From assembly GCA_949127685.1 (NCBI GenBank), contig CASBPW010000100.1, positions 1-51,958 on the forward strand: a stretch of 51,958 nt of DNA. Reading direction: 5' to 3'. Of the stretch, positions 42,646 to 51,958 are shown one piece after another. The notes beneath the pieces were generated by a model that saw only the letters and a program-made list of their open reading frames with translations, ran no database searches and was not told where the DNA came from. Position numbers and translations under genes: made by a program. Position 1 is the stretch's first letter. Every line of letters begins with the position of its first letter. This DNA is from Candidatus Sivonenia alaskensis PMM_0068 (GTDB taxonomy: Bacteria; Cyanobacteriota; Cyanobacteriia; Gloeobacterales; PMM-0068).

Positions 42646-44184
42646 ATGGAAGCGGATTACCTGATTGTAGGTAGTGGATTGTCGGCCCTAGTGTTTGGGG
42701 CGTTGATGGCAAACTCTGGGAAGGCTGTGCAAATTTTAGAGGCCCATGAACATCCAGGCGGTTTTGGTCATACGTTTACCATGGCCAAAAAATATACTTT
42801 TAATGCTCAATTTCATTACGTTTGGGACTGTGGGGAAGGGCAAACCGTCCAAAAAGTCCTGAAAAAACTGGGCTTAGCTACAGACGTGACCTTCACGCGG
42901 TATGACCCTAAAGGTTTTGATCACATGCGGATGCCGGGCTATTCCCTGGAAATTCCCTCCGAGAACCCTGAGCTGATCGATCGACTTTCTGCACTCTTCC
43001 CTAAGGATGCAGAGAAAATTCGTAAATTTATTGTGGAAGTCCAAAAAACCAGTGAGGGCATGAGGAAATTATCCCCTCCCGTGAACTTTGCGGATGCACT
43101 CAAGCATTTGGATGAAGTTTTCTGTGCCGTCCTCTATCTGAACAGTACACTCCAGGATGTTTTTGATAAGTTTGACCTACCGCAAGAAGCGCAAACCCTT
43201 TTAGCCTTGCAATGGCCTGATTTTCTCCTACCCCCAGACCAACTTTCTTTCTTCGCCTGGGTGATCTTATTCACAGGATATCAACAAGGCGCTTTCTATC
43301 CTGAGCAGCACTTTGAGCATGTGATTGAATCCTTGGTCAAAGTTATCGAAAGGCATGGGGGCGAGGTTCTACTCAATCAGGAAGTCACCAATTTCGTGGT
43401 CAAAGATAAACAAGTAATGGGAGTCAAGGCAACCGATCTCGTCACCCATCGAACGCATGAATTCACAGGCAAAACGATTATCTGCAACATGGACCCTAAA
43501 AAAGCAGCTCAGATGATCGGACCAGAAAATTTCTCTAGCTCGATTCGCCAGAAGCTTAATTATGATTATTCGCCCTCCAACTACATGGCTTACTGTGTCG
43601 TAAAAGATATAGATCTCCGAGAATATGGATTTGGGAAATGGAATACCTTCCATACAGGTCATCAGGATTTGAATGAAGCTTTTTATCAGATGTATGAAAA
43701 GAATGATTATTCTAATCCAAGTTTTGCCATCACAACACCCACCTTGCTCACCGAAGAGAAACGAGATTGTCCAGAAGGTCATCAAATCGTTGAGTTCTTG
43801 ACCGTTGCTAATTATGAGTACTTCAAAAAACTAAATGACACCGATCGTAAGGCTTATAACCATAAAAAAGAGGAAATTCTGGATTCTATTCTAGATGTCG
43901 TAGAACAAAACTATGTCCCCAATTTTAGGAAACACATCGTTTTCAAAATCACGGGCAGTCCTACTACCAATGAGCGATTTTGCTGGTGTCCTCAGGGGAA
44001 TTCCTATGGTTCTAACCTAACGCCCCGCAATATGGGAATAGGCAGGCTGAATCATAAGACCTCGCTCAAGAATTTCTATTTCTGTAATGCTTCATCCGGT
44101 TATCCAGGTTTTGCTCCTACCTTTTGGACAGGAGCCCTCTTATATCAAAGATTGTCGGGAGATTTGATTTTATCGAAGGGCTAA
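42646..44184 (+). CDS. NAD(P)/FAD-dependent oxidoreductase of the phytoene-desaturase / CrtISO / RetSat-like family
   Basis: N-terminal dinucleotide fold DYLIVGSGLSALVFGALMANSGKAVQILEAHEHPGG, 512 aa, C-terminal ...GNSYG...FYFCNASSGYPG. Substrate unknown. Confidence 0.75.
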   Translation: MEADYLIVGSGLSALVFGALMANSGKAVQILEAHEHPGGFGHTFTMAKKYTFNAQFHYVWDCGEGQTVQKVLKKLGLATDVTFTRYDPKGFDHMRMPGYSLEIPSENPELIDRLSALFPKDAEKIRKFIVEVQKTSEGMRKLSPPVNFADALKHLDEVFCAVLYLNSTLQDVFDKFDLPQEAQTLLALQWPDFLLPPDQLSFFAWVILFTGYQQGAFYPEQHFEHVIESLVKVIERHGGEVLLNQEVTNFVVKDKQVMGVKATDLVTHRTHEFTGKTIICNMDPKKAAQMIGPENFSSSIRQKLNYDYSPSNYMAYCVVKDIDLREYGFGKWNTFHTGHQDLNEAFYQMYEKNDYSNPSFAITTPTLLTEEKRDCPEGHQIVEFLTVANYEYFKKLNDTDRKAYNHKKEEILDSILDVVEQNYVPNFRKHIVFKITGSPTTNERFCWCPQGNSYGSNLTPRNMGIGRLNHKTSLKNFYFCNASSGYPGFAPTFWTGALLYQRLSGDLILSKG

Positions 44185-44237
44185 AGCGCTTATAAAGACT
44201 GATTGGTACATACATTCTCTTAGGTCAATGGTGAAAT

Positions 44238-45452
44238 ATGAAAATTGCTATTATTGGCGGTGGTGCAAGCGGCATGGTAACGGCCTATTTGCTCGATAGA
44301 AATGAGCATCATGTCACCGTTTTTGAAAGACAACCGATTTTGGGTGGGCATATTCGCACCTTAAATAAAAATGTCCCTTTCAGCCAGTCGGAGCCTGGAC
44401 TTTTTTTAGAAGCAGGCGTACTTGAATTTCCCCGTAAGTTTCAAAATTTTCTGGCTTTAATGGAAGAACTAGGTATTGAATTAGAACCTGTCGAAATTGG
44501 ATCCGCGTTGTATTTAAAAGATGGGAATCACTTTCTTTCGCCTGAAGTGATCCGGAAGAACTTCACAGGATGGCAACGCATCGTCGAATATCTTCGGCTT
44601 GAAAGTCTCTATGCCCGTTCTCTTGGACTGTGGCTAGAATTGCGTTCCCCCAAAGTGCAGGAACTATATGATCAATCTCTATCTCAATTTATGAAGATTC
44701 CAGCAATTGGGAATGACTGGCTCAAATTGCTGACGATGTATAGTTACTCGATGCCTTTTGAACTCATGGACAATTTCCCGGCAGCCCTAGCAGTTCCAGC
44801 TATGTTGGATTATGTTTATGTGGACTGGCTACGCATTAAAGGAGGAGTTTATTCCTACATTGAAAAAATTCTGGAACGCTTTAAGGGGGATATTTTACTC
44901 GGGGTAGAGGTTACAGAAATTTCTAGAACTCCTAATCCCGTTACGATTAGGCTGTCGGATGGGAAAACGCAACAGTTTGACAAAGTTGTTTTTGCTACGC
45001 CGCCTGACCAGGTGATGGAGTTATTGTCCGATCCGACCCCTGAAGAAACTAAACGGTTTTCTCCCTGGAAGCGCAACCAGGCAACCACAGTTATCCATAC
45101 GGATACTTCAATGTATGCCCAGCATGGTATCAAGCACCTATCAGAATTTGATTTTTTCCAAACAGATAAGGGTTGGGGTTATAACGCCTATCTCAATCAG
45201 CTTTGTGGAATATCATCCCCTCTTGCCTATAACCTGGCATTCAACCTGAATGATTGGATTGCGCAAGACAAAATTCTCCATACGCAAGAACATCATACTC
45301 CGCTATATACGGTTGAGGCTTTCAAGTACAGAGATGAGGTTGCCCGCACCAATGGGGAACATGATACGTACCATGCGGGAGCTTATCTTGGCGATGGGTT
45401 GCATGAAGGAGCGATTACCTCTGCCATACGGGTTGCTGAGTTAATCGGATAG
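44238..45452 (+). CDS. FAD-dependent oxidoreductase of the COG2907 type (amine-oxidase fold)
   Basis: MKIAIIGGGASGMVTAYLLDRNEHHVTVFERQPILGGHIRT and the C-terminal YHAGAYLGDGLHEGAITSAIRVAE match the family pattern as remembered (..GGHT.T ... GAY.G.GFHEDG..S). Confidence 0.7.
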   Translation: MKIAIIGGGASGMVTAYLLDRNEHHVTVFERQPILGGHIRTLNKNVPFSQSEPGLFLEAGVLEFPRKFQNFLALMEELGIELEPVEIGSALYLKDGNHFLSPEVIRKNFTGWQRIVEYLRLESLYARSLGLWLELRSPKVQELYDQSLSQFMKIPAIGNDWLKLLTMYSYSMPFELMDNFPAALAVPAMLDYVYVDWLRIKGGVYSYIEKILERFKGDILLGVEVTEISRTPNPVTIRLSDGKTQQFDKVVFATPPDQVMELLSDPTPEETKRFSPWKRNQATTVIHTDTSMYAQHGIKHLSEFDFFQTDKGWGYNAYLNQLCGISSPLAYNLAFNLNDWIAQDKILHTQEHHTPLYTVEAFKYRDEVARTNGEHDTYHAGAYLGDGLHEGAITSAIRVAELIG

Positions 45453-45468
45453 GATTCGGGATAGGCAA

Positions 45469-46911
45469 TTAATGAATATAAGGATTTTGTAACTGTTTGA
45501 CTAGCGTATTGAATGGCTCCCAATTGTCATCATAGGTAATATGAGCCCAAACTTCCTCAATTGCAGGTCTTGAAAGCACTGTCTTGGGATTGTGCTGACG
45601 TAAGCATTGAATAATAATCGCCATCTCAGATTCTTGGAACTGAGATAATAGATGGTGATACCGAGCCCGCCAAGATTCTGAATAAGCGGCTTGATATAGA
45701 TAACTATCTTGGAAAATATACTCAGGACCTTTTTGCCAATCGGGAGAAAAATGTTCGGTAAGTTCAGTAAAGAATTGGTGATAACCTATTTCTGTATCTT
45801 TAAGCAATTTAAGTGTTAAGAACAATAGCTCTTGCAACTCAGGAGTAATTGCTTGATTAAATCCTAATTTGCTCAGCATTCTCTGTGTATAGGCAGCACT
45901 ATAGCGCTCCTCAAAAGTAGCAAGGCCGACTTCCATATCAGCCATAGAAAGCACCGCTTCTAGTGGGGTTTGAAGCATTTTCAAATTCCATTGGCAGATA
46001 GCAGGCTGATTGCCATAGCTATAGCGGCCATAATGGTCAAAATAGGCGGCTGTAAATAGAGGATTGTAGCGATCCATAAAGGCATAGGGACCATAATCAA
46101 AACTTTCCCCCGTAATGGACATGTTATCGGTGTTTAGAACTGCATGGCAAAAGCCTAAAGACATCCATTGAGCACACAATTCTGCAGTTCTACCAACAAG
46201 CTCTGTATAGAACAAAGCATAGCCCTCTTTTTCTGTTTGCAGATGAGGATAATACTGTTCAATAACGTGGTCTAAAAGAATTTTGACTAAGTCTCCACGC
46301 CCCAGATAATCTAATCGTTCAAATGTGCCAAAACGAATATGGGAGCGACTAAAACGGACCATGACCGATGAGCGAGTTGGGGAGGGTTCGTCCCCACGGA
46401 ATAAAGGTTCTCCCGTTTCAATCAGACTCAGACAACGGGAAGTGCGAACGCCCAAAGCATGGAGTGCTTCTGACGCTAGTACTTCACGCACGCCCCCTTT
46501 CAGGGTCAGTCTGCCATCCGCCGTTCTAGAGTAAGGAGTGGTACCTGAACCTTTGGTTCCAAAGTCGTAGAGTTCTCCATCTATCCCTCGAACCTGACCA
46601 TAGAGGAACCCTCTGCCATCTCCTAGGCGGGGATTGTATTCTCCAAACTGATAACCGTGATAGCACAGCGCCAGTAAGGGCCGTCTACCTTGAAACTTCC
46701 CTAGCGCCTCTATAAAGTGCTCATCGTTTACCCCAGAAGGTTCTAGGCCCAGCTTAGCCAGAACAGCATCATTGCGAAACCGGAGCAGATGTTTGGGAAA
46801 TTCAGCAGGCTCTACTTCATCAAAATATTGACTTCCCAACGCCTCGATAGCAGGCTCGTAATTCAGTTCAAGTAAGGGATTTCCCACGGGCTTCTTTATG
46901 TTGGGCAACAT
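45469..46911 (-). CDS. selO: Protein adenylyltransferase SelO (YdiU, UPF0061)
   Basis: [64 protein letters not shown], and [25 protein letters not shown]. Confidence 0.9.
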   Translation of the reverse strand: MLPNIKKPVGNPLLELNYEPAIEALGSQYFDEVEPAEFPKHLLRFRNDAVLAKLGLEPSGVNDEHFIEALGKFQGRRPLLALCYHGYQFGEYNPRLGDGRGFLYGQVRGIDGELYDFGTKGSGTTPYSRTADGRLTLKGGVREVLASEALHALGVRTSRCLSLIETGEPLFRGDEPSPTRSSVMVRFSRSHIRFGTFERLDYLGRGDLVKILLDHVIEQYYPHLQTEKEGYALFYTELVGRTAELCAQWMSLGFCHAVLNTDNMSITGESFDYGPYAFMDRYNPLFTAAYFDHYGRYSYGNQPAICQWNLKMLQTPLEAVLSMADMEVGLATFEERYSAAYTQRMLSKLGFNQAITPELQELLFLTLKLLKDTEIGYHQFFTELTEHFSPDWQKGPEYIFQDSYLYQAAYSESWRARYHHLLSQFQESEMAIIIQCLRQHNPKTVLSRPAIEEVWAHITYDDNWEPFNTLVKQLQNPYIH

Positions 46912-46975
46912 TCATCTTAAGGCACCCTTCCCTGCTTGGCGGGACGCATGGCATAGGGGCGAGGGTGAAGAAAGA

Positions 46976-47539
46976 CTAAAAGGACGAACCTGGCTGCTTG
47001 AGAAATTCTTCTTCTTCCGGAGTATTGGCCCGCCCCAAGATCTTGTTGCGATGAGGAAAGCGACCAAACCGCGCAATCACTGCTTGGTGCTTGAACGCAT
47101 AGTCCGTCACATCTTCTATTTGAAGGGCTCGTATCCTCTGAACAGCTTGGTGTTGATGTTCCAGATGTTCGCTATGTTCAAAGGGCAAATAGATAAACAT
47201 CCGCTGAATGGGCGGTAATTCTAGGTCAAAGCCTTGTGCTATGGCATACTGCGCAATGGCAAGAGCTTGGCTATCCGTAGTAAACGACTGAGCCTCACCC
47301 CGGAACATGTTGCGGGGGAACTGGTCTAACAGCAAAATCAAGGCCAAACAGCCCTGAGTAGTTTCCTGCCAATCCCTGAGTTTCCCTGCGGCAGCCAGCT
47401 CATAATCTGTCTGGAAATGAGTGCGAATCGTTTGGTCAAAACTTGGATTTTTAGCGAACCAAACCTTCCGACGTTGCGCATACTCCGCTTGTTCATTTTG
47501 CGCAAACCAAAAATCCAGAATTTTATCAACGCGCGTCAT
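46976..47539 (-). CDS. DUF924-family protein
   Basis: ILDFWF..., LALILLLDQFPRNMFRG, YLPFEHSEHLEHQ, and HQAVIARFGRFPHRNKILGRANTPEEEEFL. Confidence 0.8.
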   Translation of the reverse strand: MTRVDKILDFWFAQNEQAEYAQRRKVWFAKNPSFDQTIRTHFQTDYELAAAGKLRDWQETTQGCLALILLLDQFPRNMFRGEAQSFTTDSQALAIAQYAIAQGFDLELPPIQRMFIYLPFEHSEHLEHQHQAVQRIRALQIEDVTDYAFKHQAVIARFGRFPHRNKILGRANTPEEEEFLKQPGSSF

Positions 47540-47792
47540 AATAGTGCTCAGAAGTCTGTCCTTGCTTCACTCGCGATTCCAGAGGGTCCTCCTGCACTGA
47601 GCTCTTTGGTCAAGGGGCTGCCTGGGACGGGAGCTGTGCTTGTGCAGGTGAAGCCAAGCCTATGGCTCCTAAAACGACCAAACTCGCCGCCGATTTCCCT
47701 AATAGCTTGAATAATACAGACCGCCTTTAAAAAGGATTTGTAATACATCTATTGTAGAAGTTTCTTTCTAAAGATCTTGTACTTTGCACTAT

Positions 47793-48857
<1,065 letters not shown>

Positions 48858-49033
48858 AGTTCTTTTTACCTCATGATGCTCTACAGGTACAGTAACGTTT
48901 GTGACCGCGCTAGTGTTTTGTGCGCTTCCTGGGTGCGGCTCAAAGCTTTTCATAAATTTTTTTTCTGCTTTAGTCTTCTGGCCGAGAGAGAGGACAATAG
49001 AAATAGTTAGCTGTCCACCGATTTGGGTCCGTT

Positions 49034-49477
49034 ATGCATCATCAGGTACTCTTTCATCTTGCCTTTCCCATTGGCGACCTTACCCAAGCCAAACAATTCT
49101 ATGCCAATGACTTAGGATGTGAAATAGGGAGAGAGACGGCCAATTCTGTCATTTTCAATATGCATGGGCACCAGTTAGTCGCCCATGTGACGAAAGAGCC
49201 ACTTATGCCCCAAAAAGGTATCTATCCCCGGCATTTTGGCTTGATTTTTAGTGATGAATCAGATTGGCAAGCCTTGCTCAAACATGCTCAAGAGAAAGGA
49301 CTGGCTTTCTATGAGGAGGACAAACTGCGCTATGAGGGATTGCCTTTAGAGCACCGTACGTTCTTTCTGGAAGATCCCTTTCATAATTTGCTGGAATTTA
49401 AGTTTTACCGTCATCCCTCGGCGATCTTCGGTCACCAGGATTATGCCCAGGTAGGTGATTCCTGGGAGTTCCCGTAA
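49034..49477 (+). CDS. VOC-family (glyoxalase/bleomycin-resistance/dioxygenase fold) protein
   Basis: FHLAFPIGDLTQAKQFYANDLGCEIGRE... and HFGLIF...FFLEDPFHNLLEFK are typical paired beta-alpha-beta-beta-beta modules. Confidence 0.7.
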   Translation: MHHQVLFHLAFPIGDLTQAKQFYANDLGCEIGRETANSVIFNMHGHQLVAHVTKEPLMPQKGIYPRHFGLIFSDESDWQALLKHAQEKGLAFYEEDKLRYEGLPLEHRTFFLEDPFHNLLEFKFYRHPSAIFGHQDYAQVGDSWEFP

Positions 49478-49535
49478 ATTATCCCCACCGATAGCTGAAA
49501 TATTCCACTCGGCTTTTCCGGGAAGCGCTAATTGC

Positions 49536-49979
49536 TCACTGAGAGACTTCTAAGTGATGCACTAGAGCCTGAAGACCTAACCGATAACTTTCAGCTCCAA
49601 AACCTGAAATCTGTCCCACGGCTACAGGGGCGATAAATGAATGGTGGCGAAAGGATTCGCGCTTATGGATATTGCTCAGATGCACTTCCACCACGGGTAC
49701 ACCTACGCCGCTGATCGCGTCCCGCAGGGCCACACTGGTATGGGTATAACCGCCAGGGTTGAATACGATGCCATCGTGGCGGTTAAGGGCTTGCTGAATA
49801 GTGTCGATCAGGGCCCCCTCATGATTTGACTGAAAAAATTCGACGGACACCCCTAATTTAAGGGCATCCGTCTTTAAGAGTTCTTCTATTTTTGGCAGGG
49901 TCAAACACCCATAAGTCTCAGGCTCGCGCGCTCCCAAAAGGTTTAAGTTCGGGCCATGCAGGATCAGTATGGATAACAA
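49536..49979 (-). CDS. aroQ: Type II 3-dehydroquinate dehydratase
   Basis: [46 protein letters not shown] and [19 protein letters not shown] start. Confidence 0.95.
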   Translation of the reverse strand: MLSILILHGPNLNLLGAREPETYGCLTLPKIEELLKTDALKLGVSVEFFQSNHEGALIDTIQQALNRHDGIVFNPGGYTHTSVALRDAISGVGVPVVEVHLSNIHKRESFRHHSFIAPVAVGQISGFGAESYRLGLQALVHHLEVSQ

Positions 49980-50287
49980 AGTCGATTAACGCCGACGAGG
50001 GTATTGCTCTCGAACGGGCACAGGAATGGGCACAAGGTCAGGTTGAGGAGGAGGGCCAAAGAGCTCAGAGATTTTTTCCATAGCTTCGAGAATTTTCTTG
50101 ATTGCCTTTCGCATGACGGGAAATAGCCTTTCTAAGATGTCGGAGTGCCTAACAAGTCCATATTAGCAGCTCTATTTGTTCTGTGTTCAATGTTTATTAG
50201 ATTCATAAAAAGCCCCTGAGAAGTATACGCCTGTGGATAAGTGTGAGAGGTCTCTGACCCGTAGGCCAATCGGCTGTGGATATTAGT

Positions 50288-50343
50288 ACATAAGCCTCTA
50301 AGTGATCCCCGAGTCCTCCAGGGGATCACTTAGAGGCTTATGT
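50288..50343. repeat. Perfect 23-bp inverted repeat with a 10-nt spacer (long hairpin) in the cinA-aroQ intergenic region
   Basis: ACATAAGCCTCTAAGTGATCCCC (50288-50310), spacer GAGTCCTCCA, then GGGGATCACTTAGAGGCTTATGT (50321-50343). Checked base by base. No flanking U-tract on either strand. Confidence 0.9.
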
Positions 50344-50436
50344 TTACCAGGGCTTTCGGTCTCTGGTTAGCCCGTATGAACACTGATTAAGATTTAAGTC
50401 AATTAAGATTTAGGACAGTCATTGAGCAAGGTGCGC

Positions 50437-51699
50437 TTACAAAAAATGACGTATCCGGTCTAGGGCCGACTGTACGCTGAGCCAACGGATCCATTCTCGG
50501 CTACGGTCTTCGCCGAAGTGATATTCGAAGGTCTCTGCGACTTCAGGGCCGACAATCGCGATATGGACTAACCCAACGGGTTTAGCCTCAGTGCCTCCGG
50601 TTGGACCCGATACTCCTGTGATCCCAATCCCCCAATCGGCATGTAAATTTTTGCGGATAGCTTGAGCCATTTGGAGGGCAACGAGGCTACTGACTGCGCC
50701 CTGTTCCTCTAGAATTTGAGGATCTACGCCCAATTGTTCGGTTTTGACTTGGTTATAGTAAGCTATGGCCCCGCCCACAAAAAAGCGGGAACTCCCGGAA
50801 GTATCGGTGAGGGCTTTTGCCAACCAGCCTCCGGTGCAGGATTCTGCTACGGCTAAGGTCTGTCCTTGTTGCGCTAAAAGTTCGCCCACGACAGAAGCTA
50901 ACGTGGCCTCATCCTCCCCAAAATAATACAATCCTCCCAATTCTTTGAGCGCTTGAACGGTTGGTTCTGCGATGGTTTTAGCCTGGTCGCGGTCTGGGGC
51001 TGAAGCTGTCACCCGTAGTTTGACGACCCCCATGCTGGCATAGGGGGCTACCGTTGGATTTTGCTGGTCCAGAAAGGCTTGGGCTTTTTCGGCTAGATCC
51101 GATTCACCGATGCCCCAGTAGAGTAAGGTCCGACTGTAAAAAACCCGACTGCCATAGCGTTGGGTTAAAAAAGGGACTGCAGTTTGCTGCCACATTGCTT
51201 TCATTTCGCTGGGCACGCCAGGGAATGTCAGGATCACAACGTCAGGGCGAGCTTCCCAGATGATCCCCGGTGCAGTTCCGGTTGGATTGGGTAAGACCAT
51301 GGCCCCTTTGGGAAAAGAAGCCTGTTTACGGTTGGAGGGACTCATCACCCGATTGCGTTTTTGGTAACGCAGCTCTAGCGCCTTCAAAATTTCTGGATGT
51401 TCTACCATCGCCACCCCAAAGTAGGAGGCCAAGGACTCATGGGTAAGGTCATCGGGGGTAGGGCCTAGTCCTCCGGTGGTGATCAGCACACCTGGCCCTC
51501 TCTCGCTCATCTGGTCTAGAACTTGATGAATGCGCCCGGTGTTGTCCCCCACCACCGTCTGGAGGAAATGGGAAATACCGAGTCCTGCCAGCTCCTGCGC
51601 CAGAAAAGTGGCATTGGTATTGACGATCTGACCAAGAAGCAGTTCGCTGCCAATACATAAGACTTCTGCACACGAAACTTCTACAGAGAATAGAGCCAC
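50437..51699 (-). CDS. cinA: CinA-family protein (MoCF-binding domain plus C-terminal nicotinamide-nucleotide amidohydrolase PncC domain)
   Basis: AEVLCIGSELLLGQIVNTNA, TTGGLGPTPDDLT, and C-terminal LAVAESCTGGWLA...GGAIAYYNQVK. GTG start. Confidence 0.9.
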   Translation of the reverse strand: MALFSVEVSCAEVLCIGSELLLGQIVNTNATFLAQELAGLGISHFLQTVVGDNTGRIHQVLDQMSERGPGVLITTGGLGPTPDDLTHESLASYFGVAMVEHPEILKALELRYQKRNRVMSPSNRKQASFPKGAMVLPNPTGTAPGIIWEARPDVVILTFPGVPSEMKAMWQQTAVPFLTQRYGSRVFYSRTLLYWGIGESDLAEKAQAFLDQQNPTVAPYASMGVVKLRVTASAPDRDQAKTIAEPTVQALKELGGLYYFGEDEATLASVVGELLAQQGQTLAVAESCTGGWLAKALTDTSGSSRFFVGGAIAYYNQVKTEQLGVDPQILEEQGAVSSLVALQMAQAIRKNLHADWGIGITGVSGPTGGTEAKPVGLVHIAIVGPEVAETFEYHFGEDRSREWIRWLSVQSALDRIRHFL

Positions 51700-51958
51700 G
51701 ACTTTATCCTTAGCGTATCCGGGGCCATCTTAGTCTGGACAAGGTGGTAACAGCAAAAGCAATGTGGGTTTCGACTCCGCTCAGCCGAAGGGCAGCCGAC
51801 AAACCCTGTATTCGCTTCAACGGAGCCGATCATTTCCTATAATTCATAATGTATATTCCAATACAGAGGACGATCCTAGGCACTGTAATCGTCCTGAGAA
51901 CGTCTCTCTGGAAGCCTATTCACTCATTTGTCCTTGAAGGTCCTATGAAGCGCATTCC

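Noticed and set aside
51700-51944. Spacer between cinA and a gene starting at 51945 (a TATAAT at about 51838 and an 8-bp hairpin AGGACGAT/ATCGTCCT at about 51868-51896), considered as a riboswitch or leader.
   Set aside because: No recognisable riboswitch core, and the downstream gene is cut off by the window end, so its function and any leader logic cannot be judged.

Overview
This 51,958-bp segment looks like cyanobacterial chromosome. It carries a plant-type ferredoxin, TxlA, PetM-like and PsbO-family ORFs, a short S1, PrxQ and TMEM175-type channels. Hand-counted 60-nt lines in core genes are about 50-55% GC. Most of it is housekeeping: trmFO (3' end), murA, der, truB, csoR-copA, txlA, rpsA, rimP-nusA-ylxR-infB, mltA, prs, purS, murJ, moeA, an LCP protein, aroQ, cinA, tRNA-Leu(CAG) and tRNA-Ala(CGC). 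I found no rRNA, no CRISPR array, no intact mobile element and no recognisable defence or toxin-antitoxin genes. The strongest novelty candidate is a divergent, lipobox-bearing PsbO-family ORF (38627-39385), which sits next to two unlisted small ORFs, one of them PetM-like. Other points worth a second look:
- A translationally coupled run in which a divergent PspA/IM30 gene and a membrane-anchored PstS-fold protein sit with SpoIID, PrxQ and VanY (23046-27490).
- A 1.2-kb tandem duplication of a divergent holin-like/TMEM175 cassette, with one holin copy decayed (4085-6312).
- A compositional mosaic at 40.3-45.5 kb: a GC-rich secreted M20D amidohydrolase, a degenerate IS982-like transposase remnant, and an AT-richer pair of FAD oxidoreductases.
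- A ferrochelatase-fold paralog with the catalytic His replaced by Tyr.
- A very AT-rich 0.9-kb gene-poor gap upstream of an orphan NarL-type response regulator.
- A recurring CCCCTGGAGGAC hairpin motif, including a 23-bp perfect inverted repeat.
All family assignments come from reading the translations against remembered family signatures. No searches were run.
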